Source of the DNA: Neodothiora populina
Lineage: Eukaryota
DNA length: 64,000 bases
Reading direction: 5' to 3'
Assembly (NCBI RefSeq): GCF_041146345.1
Contig: NW_027191406.1
Location: forward strand, 372,001-436,000
A program made the translations under genes and the position numbers. Shown here one piece after another: positions 62,646 through 64,000 of the stretch (position 1 is its first letter; every line of letters starts with the position of its first letter). The notes beneath the pieces are model-generated. The model was not told the origin of the DNA, made no database searches, and saw only the letters and a list, made by a program, of their open reading frames with translations.

Positions 62646-64000
62646 ATGCCTCGCTTACGCAAACGCGTGAAGTCCATCCCTCCTCGTGCGGAGCCGGAGC
62701 AGGAGCCAGAGACTGTTCTTGAAGCAACCGAAGATGCGGTGCAAGAGGAGGACGAGGAGGAGCAAGGGAATCAAGGCCAGCATCAGGAGAACGGTCACGA
62801 CGAAGACCACAGCGTAGAGGGAGGCCAGCATGTGTTGCGTTTCAACGAGACTTTGACATGGCGCGCCGGCAAGCCCATCGCAGTGGCCGAGCTGCTAAGA
62901 CGTCTCAAGTCGTTGCACCAGGAGCTGAGCGCACTGGAGCAGGAAGATGCCGATCGCGATAGTCTTACACCTGTGGCTCAGCAATTGGCACAGCGGAACT
63001 TACTGGATCACAAAGACCGAGGTATCAAGGCCTGGACGGCATTATGCATAGTCGAGATGTTCAAATTGCTGGCTCCGGACGCGCCCTTCAAGCCATCGCA
63101 GCTAAAGGACATCTTCTCTCTCATCATCAATTCCATACTCCCTGCGCTTGGAAACCCTGCAGACCCATACAACGAACAGCACCTACAAGTTATACGCTCC
63201 TTGGACGAAGTCAAAAGTATTGTGCTTTTGACTGACATCCCTGATGCCGACCCATTACTTTACAAGCTGTTCCTTACCGCCTTTGACATCTTTGCTGACA
63301 CCGCCAAGAACAATGGTGGAGAAGAATTGAGCAAGAATGTCGAGCATCACATTTCGAGTCTACTCATCACAGTCGTGGATGAATGCCCAATCCTTCCGGC
63401 CGACGCTGTGGACATAATCCTTGCCCAATTTTTACGTGTGGACCCAAGCACTTTTCCCTTGCAGATCAAAAAATCTGCGCGAAGCGACGAACAGAGGGGG
63501 ACGTTCCACCTCCAACAAGTGCCTCCTGCCTACGGAATGGCGAAGAATATATGCACGTCTTGTCCTGATAAGATGGCTAGAATGATCAGTCAATACTTCA
63601 ACTCCATCATGAATCATGCTTCCACCGAAGGTGATCTAGCCAGACCTAAGAAGACAAAGTCGAAACTCTCCCGAGATACCCTCGACGATGACGAAGACGG
63701 TATGCAAGGCCCATCTGAGGAAGAGCTCAAGTCGCTCGGAAAGACTCACCGCCTCTTACGTGAGTTGTGGCGGTCGTCCGCCACAGTGATCCAGAACATC
63801 GTCCCCCAGCTAGAAGCAGAGCTCAATGCGGAGAATATTGATGTACGGTTGCTCGCCACCGAAACTGTTGGCGACCTCATATCAGGCATAGGCGCGGCTG
63901 GCCCGCCTCCACCAGCAGTCCTGGACCCGGCGGCTTATCCCTCGCAAAGCAGTCGACTGGTACAGCGCGAGCCCAAGACCTACGACTTTCTCACAACCCC
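62646..64000 (+). CDS. PDS5: Sister-chromatid cohesion protein Pds5 (3' partial)
   Basis: Open frame from ATG 62646 off the window end: LRFNETLTWRAGKPIAVAELLRRLKSLHQEL, LLDHKDRGIKAWTA, LLAPDAPF, EVKSIVLLTDIP, QNIVPQLEAEL....VRLLATETVG. Confidence 0.93.
   Translation, partial: MPRLRKRVKSIPPRAEPEQEPETVLEATEDAVQEEDEEEQGNQGQHQENGHDEDHSVEGGQHVLRFNETLTWRAGKPIAVAELLRRLKSLHQELSALEQEDADRDSLTPVAQQLAQRNLLDHKDRGIKAWTALCIVEMFKLLAPDAPFKPSQLKDIFSLIINSILPALGNPADPYNEQHLQVIRSLDEVKSIVLLTDIPDADPLLYKLFLTAFDIFADTAKNNGGEELSKNVEHHISSLLITVVDECPILPADAVDIILAQFLRVDPSTFPLQIKKSARSDEQRGTFHLQQVPPAYGMAKNICTSCPDKMARMISQYFNSIMNHASTEGDLARPKKTKSKLSRDTLDDDEDGMQGPSEEELKSLGKTHRLLRELWRSSATVIQNIVPQLEAELNAENIDVRLLATETVGDLISGIGAAGPPPPAVLDPAAYPSQSSRLVQREPKTYDFLTT

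Overview
Gene-dense eukaryotic DNA from a filamentous ascomycete (Pezizomycotina; a Dothideomycete is a guess). Introns are short GT-AG introns, mostly with CTRAY branch sites. I could splice about 26 intact, mostly housekeeping genes by hand: MET2 (5' partial), VPS17, MEF2, a small conserved protein, a GPI wall protein, a Nudix hydrolase, ATG3, a coiled-coil hypothetical, a BAR-SH3 protein, a DUF2439/Mte1-like protein, ECM14, a Sec7-PH GEF, a Ppn2-like phosphoesterase, NSE4, HEM15, a SAP/Acinus-like protein, GCS1, ETF-beta, an RRM-RGG-RRM protein, TAH18, an MFS transporter, a WSC sensor, SPS19, ATG33 and PDS5 (3' partial). No tRNA, rRNA, transposase or CRISPR array was recognised. The most unusual part is the island between SPS19 and ATG33 (about 57.7-61.0 kb). 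It holds an Aim9/APH-like kinase gene broken by one in-frame TAG, a degenerate 41-bp direct repeat on each side of that gene, and a 500-nt segment that folds into a closed multi-hairpin RNA on the + strand but also reads as a TAA-interrupted ORF. Other points: a frame-preserving cassette exon in the WSC sensor stalk, a Nudix enzyme with both a presequence-like extension and a PTS1, and a recurring intergenic TACCTTACCTT motif. Gene names come from recalled motifs, not database searches.
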